Origin: Lama glama
Lineage: Eukaryota
Length of the DNA stretch: 64,000 bases
Direction: 5' to 3'
NCBI GenBank assembly: GCA_028534125.1
Contig: CM052817.1
Location: 80,354,001-80,418,000, forward strand
Below are positions 25,720-37,350 of this stretch, piece after piece. Position numbers and translations under genes: made by a program. The notes under the pieces are model-generated. The model ran no database searches, was not told where the DNA came from, and saw nothing but the letters and a program-made list of their open reading frames with translations. Position 1 is the first letter of the stretch. Each line of letters starts with the position of its first letter.

Positions 25720-26110
25720 ATACACTTTTGGATAGTGTATGCCTTTCTAAACCTCCCTTAGATCACTGTTACTCTTAGGTTACAACCTGTCTCCTTTTTA
25801 CCACGACAGTTCTTAAAAGTCTGGCACACCTACCGCCTCCACTTCCTCCCTCCTCCTTCACCTCTCAAACCCGGGCAGCCTGGCCTCTTGCTCCCCCCGC
25901 ACAGCCGAGCTGATGTAGCAACACCGCTTCCTCATCTTCAGTGCATCCTCCACTTCCCTGGCCTTTCTGGCCCTCCTGCCGGAATTCCTACTCCCTTCCT
26001 GAAACCCTCTTCCAGCTTTCACGTGGACTGTCGTCTTCCTCTCCTTCTTCCCGTCTTTTACAGACTCTGCTAGTATCACGCTAAGCTGAAGTGCTCCCCA
26101 AGTTCTGCTC
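25720..26110 (+). mobile_element. L2-like pyrimidine-rich fragment
   Basis: ACTCCCTTCCTGAAACCCTCTTCC..CTCTCCTTCTTCC..TTCTGCTCCTTGG motifs typical of L2 ORF2/3' sequence. Confidence 0.45.
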
Positions 26111-26429
26111 CTTGGATCCCTTCTTTCCCTATACTCTTAGCCTTTTCCTTCTCGTCCTTCCTCAGTTCCTGAGACATTTGAGGAGAACCTGGAGGCTGTA
26201 AGGAGCAGTTTGAAAAGCACCCCAGTCCTGGGAAAGTACTTCTGAGTCTCTGATTACAGCGGCCCGCCGTGTGCCTTGCCAGGAGTGCTCCTCCACATGG
26301 AGAGCCTCCCTGCCCATCCGCCATCCCTGCGTTCTCACGTTCCTTTCAAATTAATTCCTCAAGGATCTATTCTTTGATTCTACTGAGCTCCCAGTGGATG
26401 TTTTCTCTTCCTCATCTGAGCTACAGTGG

Positions 26430-26620
26430 GGGACAGCCTGGCACAGTGTATAGAGCAAAGGGACTGGAGTCATGCAGATACGGATTTAAATCCGGACCCA
26501 CCACTTACTGGATTGTCTGGCATTGAGCACATTTACCCAAATGCTGAAAATGTCAGTTTTTCAGAATGCTGCCTACCTCACTGGACTGTTGGATAGATCA
26601 GACATGTGAAGGTCTAGAAC
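26430..26620 (+). mobile_element. MIR
   Basis: GACAGCCTGGCACAGTG..GGACTGGAGTCA..GGATTTAAATCC..CCACTTACTGG. Confidence 0.65.
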
Positions 26621-27201
26621 ACTGGGGAATCAGTCAGTGGTGGTGCTGGGCGGGGGGGGGGGTGGGTAGTAGTGACAACTGTCATCATCATCAGTGTTAT
26701 TCTCTCCCCAATATTTTATGTTTCTCGTGTGTCACTTTTTTCGCTCCACTTTCTAAAAAGCACTTGTATAGTTGTCTTATTCCCCCTGCTCAGTTTTAGG
26801 CTCCAAGAAATTGTCTTTATATTCCCCTCCTCTTCCAGAGCATTGAACAATGACTTATGTGTACGTTTTCCTAAATGAGTTGAATTGTACAGAATAACCC
26901 TTCTCCTCCCCTAAAGAAATACTGGCTTTACAGCGTTCTTAAAGTTCAGAGCTGGTACGTTTGTGTCTGTGTCTTCATACTCCAGACAGATACTATACTG
27001 AAAAGTCATTGGCTCTTGTTATGTTTTGTCACACCGTATCTTGAAACTAGCTATTAAAATTATTGCAGTTTAATTCCTCAAAAACTTAAGAACCTATATA
27101 TTTAGAGTTAAATAGTTTGAAGTAATTCTTATTTTTGAAAAAAAATTTTGTATTTGATACATAATTGCTATCAGTAGTAAAATATTTCAAATAAGGTAAA
27201 T

Positions 27202-27224
27202 TTATATATATATATATATATATA
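27202..27224. repeat. (TA)n microsatellite
   Basis: About 11 TA units. Confidence 0.9.
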
Positions 27225-27313
27225 ATTCTTACATGAAAATGTATCTTTTGATTTTGTACTTTCTGATTTATAAAATCAAAGCCAACTGCAGGGTTTGGTG
27301 GGTTTTTGGTTTT

Positions 27314-27345
27314 TTTGTTTGTTTGTTTGTTTGTTTGTTTGTTTT
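27314..27345. repeat. (GTTT)n microsatellite
   Basis: About 6-7 GTTT units. Confidence 0.9.
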
Positions 27346-28372
27346 TTGGCTTAAATAACTAGCAATTTTTCTTCTTTACATAATGTTTTTTCTTACAAAA
27401 CCCTTACTTTCCATCTCTGAACATATTTCTGGAAAGCAGAGTTTCTGCTTCTCAGAAGTGTCCCTTCACAAATCACACATTATCCTAGTTACAGTAATCT
27501 ATAACTGCCTTGTTTGTTTTCCAGAGGACCAGGAGTGTAGATCAGGATCTGCTGGTGACTTTTGAAGGAAAAAAAAATAGGAAAAGAGTTGTTGCACTGT
27601 TGTTGATCTGCACTTCTGTAACAGAGGGGTCTGAAGCTAGTGGATTTGACTGACAGACCAGGCAGGCATTGAGGGGCCTTTGGGAAAACAGCATAAATTC
27701 ACATGGAGTACTTGTAAGAAGTACCAGCACCCCAAAGTCAGGAATCCCTTTTGTCAGTCAGAAAGCCTTTTTGGAGCTGGGTTTTGCAGAGCTCTGTATT
27801 GGGTGGTGTTCTCAGAGCTTTGAACTAGCTGTGCTTCACCTGAGTTAAAGACACCTCTGCGGTGAGCCCAGGGGAGATGTGCTCAGGGACCAGGTCAGCA
27901 AAGGGAGGAGGTGGCCAAGGGACAGACAAAATTTACACTGCAAATACTTTGGGGAATTACTTGCAACCACTCAGGAATATAAAATAGTATCACAGCTGAG
28001 AGCTTTATGTAACATTCCATTTAGCTCTGATCTCTACTTAATCTCTACTGTTTTTATTTGGTTACTAGGTATTTAGTGCAGTCCCATTTTGTGGAATGCT
28101 GGCCAGGAGCACACTTCAAACCAGTATTCCTCACAGCTTGCTCTGCTGAATCTAGATTAGAACACAAGCATACAGGTTCATTGGTTCTAAAGTTTGTGGG
28201 ATAGTTGTTTGTAGTTTTTGATGTCTTAACAATCTGCCTAAGCAGTATATATGATGTAAAGTTAAATGCAGCACCTGCTCTAAGGCATAAATTCTACACT
28301 TGGTCAAAAACCAAATTGTTGGAACAGAAATCCTAACTTTAGTTAACATTAGGCCAAATGTCAGGCTTGTCC

Positions 28373-29250
28373 TCATTCAACATGTATTTGTTGAGCACCT
28401 GCTGTGTGCCCAGTACACTTTTAGGCACTACGAACAAAATAAACAGAAGTCTGTACTCTGTGGGTTTCATTTTGTGAGGGGAAACAGAACATCAACAAAA
28501 TAAGTTCAAATGTAATGTTATTAGACAGCAATAACAGGGGAGCAAAATAAGTCAGGGAGGGAAAAAAATAGGAAGGAGGCAGCAGGGCTAAATGAAGGTG
28601 GCCAGGGAGAATCTCTCTAAAAGGGTGACGTCTGAGTAAAGACCTGAGGTGAGTGAACCAAGAGAAGAGCATTCCAGAAGGGGAATGAGAGCAAGCACTC
28701 TGAACAAGACTTCTTACCTTTAGGGACAGTCAGGAAGCCATGTAGCTGGAGTGGAGAGAGTGTGGGATGTTCCAGTGTCCAGCTAAAGAAAGCAGGAGGG
28801 GTGTTAGACTAAGTAAACTGAGAGCTGAGAACTGACCATTAGTTATGATCCTTACAGAGCAATTCAGTGGAAGATCAGAAGTCTCATTTGAATGGGTTTA
28901 AGTGAGAATGGGAGGAGCGGAAGTCAAGAATAGCAAACAAAGATGACTCTTCCAAGGAGTCTCACTGGTGGTGGATTGAAGCAGATATGGAGACAAGGGA
29001 GGGGTTAAGCTTTGAAAATGAAACGTATTTTTATGCTAGTTGGAAAAGTTGATTGTATGTAGGGAAACAATCATAGCAGGATTAGGACTTAGGAAAAAGG
29101 GAATGGAATCCAGTGCATAAATAGGAGGGCTTATCTTAGGAACCCAGATAGTCCATCCCTTGAAACAGGAAGAAAGTTAAGTACACAAGTATGAATAAAG
29201 GAAATAGGGTAGACCTGATGGTGGTAGCATCATGAAAGTTCTTTTCTGCC
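28373..29250 (-). mobile_element. L2a-like element
   Basis: CATTCAACATGTATTTGTTGAGCACCTGCTGTGTGCCCAG is the antisense L2 terminus, followed by GTGGCCAGGGAGAATCTCTCT..GGGTGACGTCTGAGTAAAGACCTGA. Confidence 0.8.
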
Positions 29251-29929
29251 CAATAAACAACTATCTGTCCAGAGTCTGAGTAACATCAATGCTATCCCAG
29301 TCATATGGTCATTTACTCACTATCTCTAGAATTTCTCCATATTTGGCTAGCTTATAAATTATTCATGTATTTCTTTTATTAAGCAAAAACCTCTCTAGCA
29401 TTGGTGCTATTCTGCCTTCTAGAGCCTCACAAGATTGACAGTTCCAGTCCTCCTCTGTGAGCACCTTTCAAGTACTCAAGGGTTGACGATTTCTCACTGT
29501 TGACCTCACTCATTCTGGCCATCACACCTATCCCTTTGGTGTTCTTGCTGGGTGTGGTTTAAGCCCCTCTCACATCTGATCGCTCTCTCTCCTTATATGA
29601 GCCAGGCTTATTTAATCAGTTTTATTTATTACTTGGGATTCCTGGGTGCTGGCCTTTGGGGTCTTTTTTTTCCTAGGCTTTTTTTTCCCCCCAAATATTC
29701 AAGGTTCTAACAAATAGTCACACTTGACCAGCATGCCACCAAAGTTTTTAACTACTGTGTTTATCTGTAGGGTGCAGCCAAGGACAAAGCACAGCTACTA
29801 AAGAGTTCCCTCCAACCTGACCTTTACCCATTAGTTAGCCCCTTCTTGGTGGGGTTGTTATTTATAAGTTTTCACATGACTCCAGATAAATTGATAGCTA
29901 ATCCAGAAGAGGTGCTCAGATTAAGTGGT

Positions 29930-30190
29930 ATGGGGCAAAGAAAAGGGATATATTATCAGTGGATTCAAGCCTGGATGACTAGAAGAATGGAGTATCCCTG
30001 AAAATGAGTTAGTGAGGCAGGCAGTTTTCAGATCAAGATGACTGATCTGATGTTGGACACTTTGTGTTGTAGGTGTCTGGAGAGATGCCTGAGCTGAAAA
30101 TGAGTATTTCAGAGGCATTTGCATGGGATGGATGTTTGAAGACAGAAGAGTAGTCTCATTCTTTGAGAAGTAATAGGTGAAGACTAGAAA
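29930..30190 (-). mobile_element. L2 fragment
   Basis: GAGGCAGGCAGTTTT..TGATGTTGGACACTTTGTGTTG..GAGCTGAAAATGAGTATTT motifs. Confidence 0.5.
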
Positions 30191-33100
30191 CTTGTCAACA
30201 TGCACCTCCAGTTACATGTACAATTTTAATTGAATTTAGGGACTGTCTCCAAATTAAATTTACATGAACTTTGAAACTGAACAGCTCCAGACTCCAGCCT
30301 AGTAATCTGTTAGCTATCTGACCCCTCCCCCGACAGAAGAAATTGAATTTCTGTTTGCTTTCTTTTCTGATTTTTGTTGAGACTTCTCCAGTTGCTAAGA
30401 AAGAGAATGAGTTTAACACAAAGATAACATCTATCTTTGACCATGACCCGTGCTGGCGTCATCATTCAAAAAGAATAGCTTTTATTTTTTCTAGAGATCC
30501 TATAATCATTGCCAAAGAAGTTGGCCCTTGAGGTTCTTCAACTTTATCATATTTCAGGTGATAACCTGTGGCCTGAAAATCAGTTGTACAGCCCAGAATG
30601 TTATCTAGACCCCTAATGAGCAACGTGGTCCAAGAAAATGGCAACTAGAAACCACTGTGGTGTGCTGAGCACTGTTTTTTGGAAGTATAGCTGGCAGGGA
30701 GCAGGGGGCTGTTGTACTGCTGGGCACAAGGTCGAAAGTGGCCCCTTTCAACAGAACATTTTGAGGTAATGTGTTCAAGCAATGTAAAAGCACCACAGGT
30801 TTACATATACGTAGAGAAGGTTGGAGGACACTTCTTGCGTCCTCTCTCGTTCCCTCAGCCAGCCAGCATAGACCTGCCTCCAGTCACCTGTGCTGCCAGC
30901 CCTCCCAAGGATCTTCATCTTCTCCCCCAAAAAACTATAGAGTTGTCATGTTATCACAGGGTGACAATATGCACACAGTTGATATGGTGCAGAGGAGATG
31001 GGCTCCATCATAGTACCCTTTCCCCAGCCCCAGCGACTGGGCCAGGCCACTCAGACTTTCCATAAGAGTGTTGTTTCCTAGAGCCGAGAAAATGAGGTCT
31101 TTCTGGTGGCTGAAGCTGTAAGATAGAAAACTGTGCAGGTTCTACTGCCCTTAGACTCTACTGGACCCAATAATACCATAAATTCCCCCTATGATTCAAA
31201 TTGAGTTTCTGTTCCTAGTACTCGGCCGACTATACAGCAGATGTCACAGATGATTGCGCGTATTTGGAGACATAAGAGAAGCCGGGCAGGATTTAATCCA
31301 CCTGGCTAAGAGGTGTTCACATATGTAGTGTGAAAACTACTCATGAGTCCCCTCTGATTAAAGTTAGCCTGGCCATGTTTGTTACAATAATTAAAGAATT
31401 CATGACTTAAAGTCTTTTCAGGACTTAGGTTTCTTCCTAAAGAAAATATATCAAAAGTGTTCATTAAAAGATTGATATAGAAAGTTAATAATGCTGAAGT
31501 TAACTCAGAACTTAGCATAATCTTCCATGGGAACATTTGTGTATGTGTGTGTGGGTTTTAAATTCCACAAATGTTACTCAAATGAGCAATCTGCAGAAAG
31601 ATGTTTTAAAATATTTTGTTTCAGCATGTAAAATCTCGTTTTATTACAGAATTCTTTCGTTAAAGGCACAGCTATGCTGGGTTGCTGCCAGAGTGAGTGG
31701 ATCTTAACAGCCTAGTTAATTTTAAAAGATTTACAAATGCTGGGCTGCAAACTACTGATAGTAAAATACATGTCACAATTTAATATAGCGCTTAAACTCA
31801 TGCCACATCTTGTGAATTTAAAATGCATCTGCAGATGAGTCTGTGTGTGGGGGTGTGGGGGTGGCTGTTTACATATGAATATGTATACGTATGTTTATTT
31901 CAAAGAGAACAGAGTTGGTCGGGGAGAGGGGGACAGGCCTGCAAAATTACTCAGAATTTCTCCTGACTCTCACATTCTTCAGTGTAATTATAAAATATGT
32001 ACAAAAATGTCTTTAACACACTGTATCAAGTGGTATGGGTTTATTTCCAGTTAGTAGCCAGCATACTAAAGCAAAGGTGCTTTTCACCACAGTGTAGCCC
32101 AATCAAGTTTTGTGATTAGATCTCCAAATGAAAAAGTACAGCCCTTAAGAGGAAATTCTTGGCACTTGCTCCCATTTTCTCCTCTTTACAACATTATAGG
32201 GTGCTTTTATTTGTATATTTTATCATTCATAATAGAGAATGCATTGACTAAGATTGCAAAACATTGAATTGTAATCTCCTTGTGTCCAGTTGACTCATCT
32301 CTATGAAAAAAACTTCTGTTCACTTAGAAATATCTACTGATCTCTTTCCAATGATACATTTTTTGATGGTTAGAAATTTGATGGCTAGTTTAAAATGATG
32401 AGGTACAATGTATGGAAACAGTCATGAGATTTACTAAATACATGTACTCAAATTCACTCAATTTTACATCTTTAGATTTTAAAACTAGATGAATAATCTA
32501 TGCTTTAAAAATTCACCATTAGCTCTTTAAAAATTCCAACTGCTGCATTTCTGATACCCAGCCAGTCCCACCAAGTGACTCTTATTACAGCTTTTAAATT
32601 AAAAAAGTTTTTAACATCATTTCTTCATTATCAACAAGTAGTTTCATCTACCCTCCTTTTCCACAACCCTTTCCATATCTGTGGAGTGCTGTCATGGCCT
32701 TTCTTACAGTTTTCAGTTTAGTCTTTATAAGTAAACATTTTTCTGTCTTTCCTTAGGAGACTTTGCAGTTTGTTTCATTGCTGAACTTGACACAAACCTT
32801 ATTCTCGTATTAGAATTCTTGTAAAGGAGTTTGGGTAGCCGTAGTTAAGAAAGAATATTTAGGTTTCGTAGGCCATTAAGTAATGGACTTAATGATCAGA
32901 AGAGAAAAGCATGAATGTTTTGATTAAAGCCCTCATAAACTGAATCGTCTTTATTCTTCACCTTGACCTGGATTAAGAGTAACCATAATGAAAATGATTA
33001 GCCTATGTGGCTTTTACAAGTATTTGTAATTTCTTTTAAGTTGTATCACATATATAATTTTTTATTGTTAAAAGGCAAGCGCTGTATGTCACTACTAGCT

Positions 33101-33734
33101 TTCAAATCAGTAAAATCAAAGATTTTCTTTGTCCTTTTTAATGGACATTCAAGAAATACAGTTCAAAGTGTATCTCACTCTTTATAAGACAACAGGCCAT
33201 ATAATTTTTCAGGTAAGGAAAGAACCCCCTCAGTTTCTGAATACCCAGCGTGTAAGTTATTACCAAACATTAAAACATACAAACTTAAAAATTCACTTAT
33301 GGGTTATCTAAAATTACACATAGTTAAAACGTGCCACTTGTAAATTCTAGTCTTATCTTGGGAACTTGGCTTTTGCATTCCTTAACTAGTAAGCTTAAAT
33401 TTTCAGTCTTAGTGTCTTATTACCCTAGTTTTGTGGGGTTTTTTTTAATAAATGAAGTATGATGTAGGTCTTTTGGTTCCTCTTCATGTCAATAAAGTCC
33501 TAAATAAGCATTTAATTATACTAGAGGCAGATGTTGAATTGTTCTAGAGTGCAAGAGAAAGGTCTAAGAAAGCAAAACCTACTTACCTTTACTATGATCA
33601 GCTCTACTTTGTAACTCCTGTACTCATTCTAGCCCAGTTGCTTTCTGGCCTAAGTCATCTGGAAAGGGGAAGATAGATATTATTATGAAGCATTCATAGG
33701 ATTTAAGATGGTTTGAAATGTAGTGACTATAGAG

Positions 33735-33883
33735 CAGTAGTTCTTAACCCTTTCAGGGTTATGGTTCCTTTTTAGAATATGATGAAAGCCTTGAACCCTC
33801 TCTCTTCATGTAGAAGTTTTCATAGGTTTTGGTGTATGCTTAGAGCCATCTAGCTATCTGGGGACCCTAGGTTAAGAATCTTT
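33735..33883. mobile_element. Small hAT-Charlie-type MITE
   Basis: CAGTAGTTCTTAACC..TAGAATATGATGAAAGC..GGACCCTAGGTTAAGAATC with inverted termini (TTCTTAACC / GGTTAAGAA). Confidence 0.65.
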
Positions 33884-34494
33884 CTTACATAGCCAGTAAA
33901 CACACAGAACAGAAAGTACTAATTGAAAGATCATCCAGTTCATGTAACAAATAAGACAGTGTTGCTTTATTATTATTTGAGTTTAAAACAAAAAAAATGT
34001 GAGCTTCTAAACAAATGGCTTATAAGCAATATAAGTGTTATCAGAGGAAACAGACCACCTTAAAAAAAGGTGAAAGTAGGGAAGATATATTAATATATAC
34101 AAAGTATTTTAGAATATCCTATTTGATGGTGATATAACCTAATATACATCCATTTTTATTTATTTATATGCTATTGGGAAAGAAGAGCTCTCCTTTCTTT
34201 TAGGGTAATATTACTGTCAGTGAGAATGACATGTATAAAATAAGTGCAAGGTAAAGAATCATGATATCCTCTCACTCCCTGTCATGAGCTAATGGCATAC
34301 TTAGTGTTTGCTCACTAGGACCTACTTTCACATGCCCCTTGGCTAGCTAAGTATGGTCAAGCCACTAACACAATACTCTTTAAAATGACTTTAAGGATGA
34401 AAAGCAAGGCTGCCGATAGGCAAGACCAGCCTGCAGCTGCCCAGAGAATGGGAAAGGAGAAAGGAGCTCATTATAGGTTAAGTCTGTGGGCACA

Positions 34495-34794
34495 TGGCGG
34501 GTGAAATGGGTGAAGGTGGTCAAAAGGTAAAACTTCTACTTATGAAATAAGTAAGTCCTGAGAATGTAATGTACACCTTGGTGACTATAGTTAATAACAC
34601 TGTATTGTGCATTTGAAAGTTAGAGTAGCTCTTAAAAGTTCTCATCACAAGAAAAAGAAATTTGTAACTGATTGTGGTGATGGATGTTATATTGCGGCAA
34701 TCATTTCACATTATATACATACAGTGAATCATTATGTTGTACTCCTGAAACTAGTATAATATATGTCAGTTATATCTCAAAAAAAAAAAAAAAA
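34495..34794 (+). mobile_element. L1MA-type 3' end with poly(A) tail
   Basis: GTGACTATAGTTAATAACACTGTATTGT..CTTAAAAGTTCTCATCACAAGAAAAA..GTCAGTTATATCTC followed by an A16 run. Confidence 0.85.
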
Positions 34795-36539
34795 GACAAG
34801 CAGGGTGTAAAAGGTTCTAACTCCCAAATACTCCATTATTCTGCGAGTACTTAGGTCCAGGATCCTAAACTAGGCAAGATGCAAGGAAGGCTATCCAGGC
34901 ATCCCCAAAGCTACAGTTTCAAAGGAGGCATTTTTATGTGTTTGTTGCTGGGGCACAAAGTGGGAGTTGGCAGTGAAGACAGTTGACAGGTGATGAAACA
35001 CAGGGGATGTTAAAACTGGCTTAACACCCCTGTCTATAGCCTCCCCCAGCCACTGCTTCCCAAGCTCCCATAACACGGGCAGGGAGGCTCAAATCCTGCA
35101 GACAGAGAGTCCGGAGCTGGCTGGACTTCACTGGCTCTCCTCTCCTGAGAACATCCCCTGCTGTGCTCCTGTCTCCTCTTTGCCCTGGGCCAGTCTCAAG
35201 CTCTCCCACTCCCGGGTGCTTTTTCCCAGAGTTTGGTGCCTCTTCTAGGGCTCTGCTAGCTCTCTGCTCATAGCTTGGTCATCAGCCCCGCAAGGGCTCA
35301 CAAATACACACCTCAATTTAGGATGATCCATTGTGCTCCAACATTTATGCTTTTTTAGTCCATAGTAGACAGTTTTCTTGGCTTCAGTTGTCATAGCAGG
35401 AGCTTTGTGTCTGTGTGTGTGTATTTAAAACAAAACCAAAAAAAAAGTAAAAAGTAGTTTATATCTCTTCTCCCAGATGACCTCAGTAGTAGACCTTTTT
35501 ATAGACTCCCAAAGGCCAAGGGACATGCTAACTTGGTATGTTTGGGGAGAGAGCCGGGCCCAGGCTGGAGAGCCTTCGTGGAACTTCTAACCTAGTGAAG
35601 GAGATAGACATTTACTACTAATAACTCTGTATCCCAACAACTGTGATATGACGGACTAGTAGTACAAGCTGCTACCAGATCATGAAACAGGCGATCCTAG
35701 AGCAGTCAGGCCTGGGACGGTGGTGAGGTTGCCGCTGGGAGAGGAAGCATTCACTGTGAACCTTGAAAAGTAAGTAAGATTAGCCAATACTTCGCACATC
35801 TTGTTCCAGGAGAGCGAGGCTTTGTTTTTGCTCACTGCTCTGTCCCCCCCTGGTACCTTGTAGGTGGTCAATAAGATTTCTTGAATGAATCATTGAATAG
35901 GGGGCTCCCGACATCTGTATGCCTTCTCACCCTTCTCCCTTCTGGCATGTGGTTCTTGCTCTCTCCGTTCCTGTACCAGTTGATGTGTTCTTTTCAAACC
36001 TAAAAGTACTCCTTTTTATCTTGTTATGGTTCAGTTCATGTTAGAAACATTTAAAATTCCCACAGCTGCGGATGGTTGTAGAAACAAGAATAAAAACCCC
36101 AAATCTTTCCCTCTGGGGAATGACCAGTTCATTTGCCAATTTTTAAAAAACAATTTTGGGTTTCTCCATGCAAGTAATAATGAAAGGTTGTGCATATGCT
36201 TCAGCTGTATATTTTAGAGACTTCAAAATAACTTTGAATCCACAAAATTAAGCAGCCAAGAGGTTTCTCCAGTGTCATTAGGCTTTGAATGTGTGCTTGT
36301 AGAAATTCTTTTCTTTTGACTCAGTATTGCGTATGGCACTGTAGACTGAATCCGTCTGGGATTATGTTACCATAAAGCTTATTTTGCAGATAATCCAAGG
36401 GCAGTAGTTAGATAATTCCTTAAATCTGCAGTTTTCCCTCCAAAAATCTCACTTCTGGCTTCCCCAAGTGAAAGTATGTCGGTGAGGTGGCATTTAAAGG
36501 ACTTTAAGTATGTGCTGCTTGCTTCCCTCAAATTCCCCT

Positions 36540-37350
36540 CCCCGGCGCTGTTTTATGCTCTGATCCTGGTTCTTGGCAGTTTGGGGCACCCCTGGCTGTT
36601 TGTGCCTGTGACAGTCCGACTCCATCTGCTGCTCCGTGGCCAGGAGCCTGCTGCGCTCCCTTCAGCCCCATCTTTCAGGCCCGACCATTCAGCCACCTTT
36701 CAGCGGGGCTCAATGGGGCTGCGGAGAATGAGTCCTCCGCGTCCGCATGCGCACATAATCTCCCAGGTAGCCTCCTCCCTGCAGCACCTCCAGTGCCGGC
36801 TATTCGCAAACAGCAGGACACCGCTCTACTGGGTTCCTAATCCCTCAGACACTCAGGGGAAGGAGGTCGCGGGGCTTCGAAAGTGAAAAGAAAAGCGAGG
36901 GGGCGGGTGAGCGGAGTGCACACAATGTCCCCCCGCCGCACAATCAGCGCCAGCTGCAGCCCAATTAAGCTCAACAGGTCACAGGTGTTCCAGACAGAAG
37001 ATGCTTTTAACAAAACCACTTTCTTGAAAATACCTAAGACTTTTTAAAGCACGGCAGCCCATTTCTTTGGGTAGATTCTTTAAAGCTATTTAATACACTT
37101 GAAATACAAAGAAGCTGAAAAGCACGTTTAGGCCTCACTGGAAGGCGAGCTTTCTTAGTGCCAAACAGCAGGAGCAGCCCCCGAGCTGTGGCCCCCAGGG
37201 TCGGGGGAGAGCAGCCCTGCCTCTGCACGGATTCAGTGTGCAGTTGCCCAAGAAAGGGCTGGGGGGCGCTCTCTTCCCCAGCTCCATCTCCCACGTGGCC
37301 CTCTTAGTCTGTGCGGTTCACGTACTCATGCAAGAAACTGCTGCGTGGCT
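36540..37350. promoter_or_regulatory. Intronic CpG-rich element (candidate enhancer or orphan CpG island)
   Basis: Visibly high GC and CpG density against an AT-rich background; CGCATGCGCA (NRF1-like) at 36744-36753; GGGGCGGG GC box at 36900-36907. Confidence 0.5.

Noticed and set aside
26648..26666. G-rich run with G-quadruplex potential
   Set aside because: Mostly a mononucleotide G tract next to a MIR, with no supporting context.
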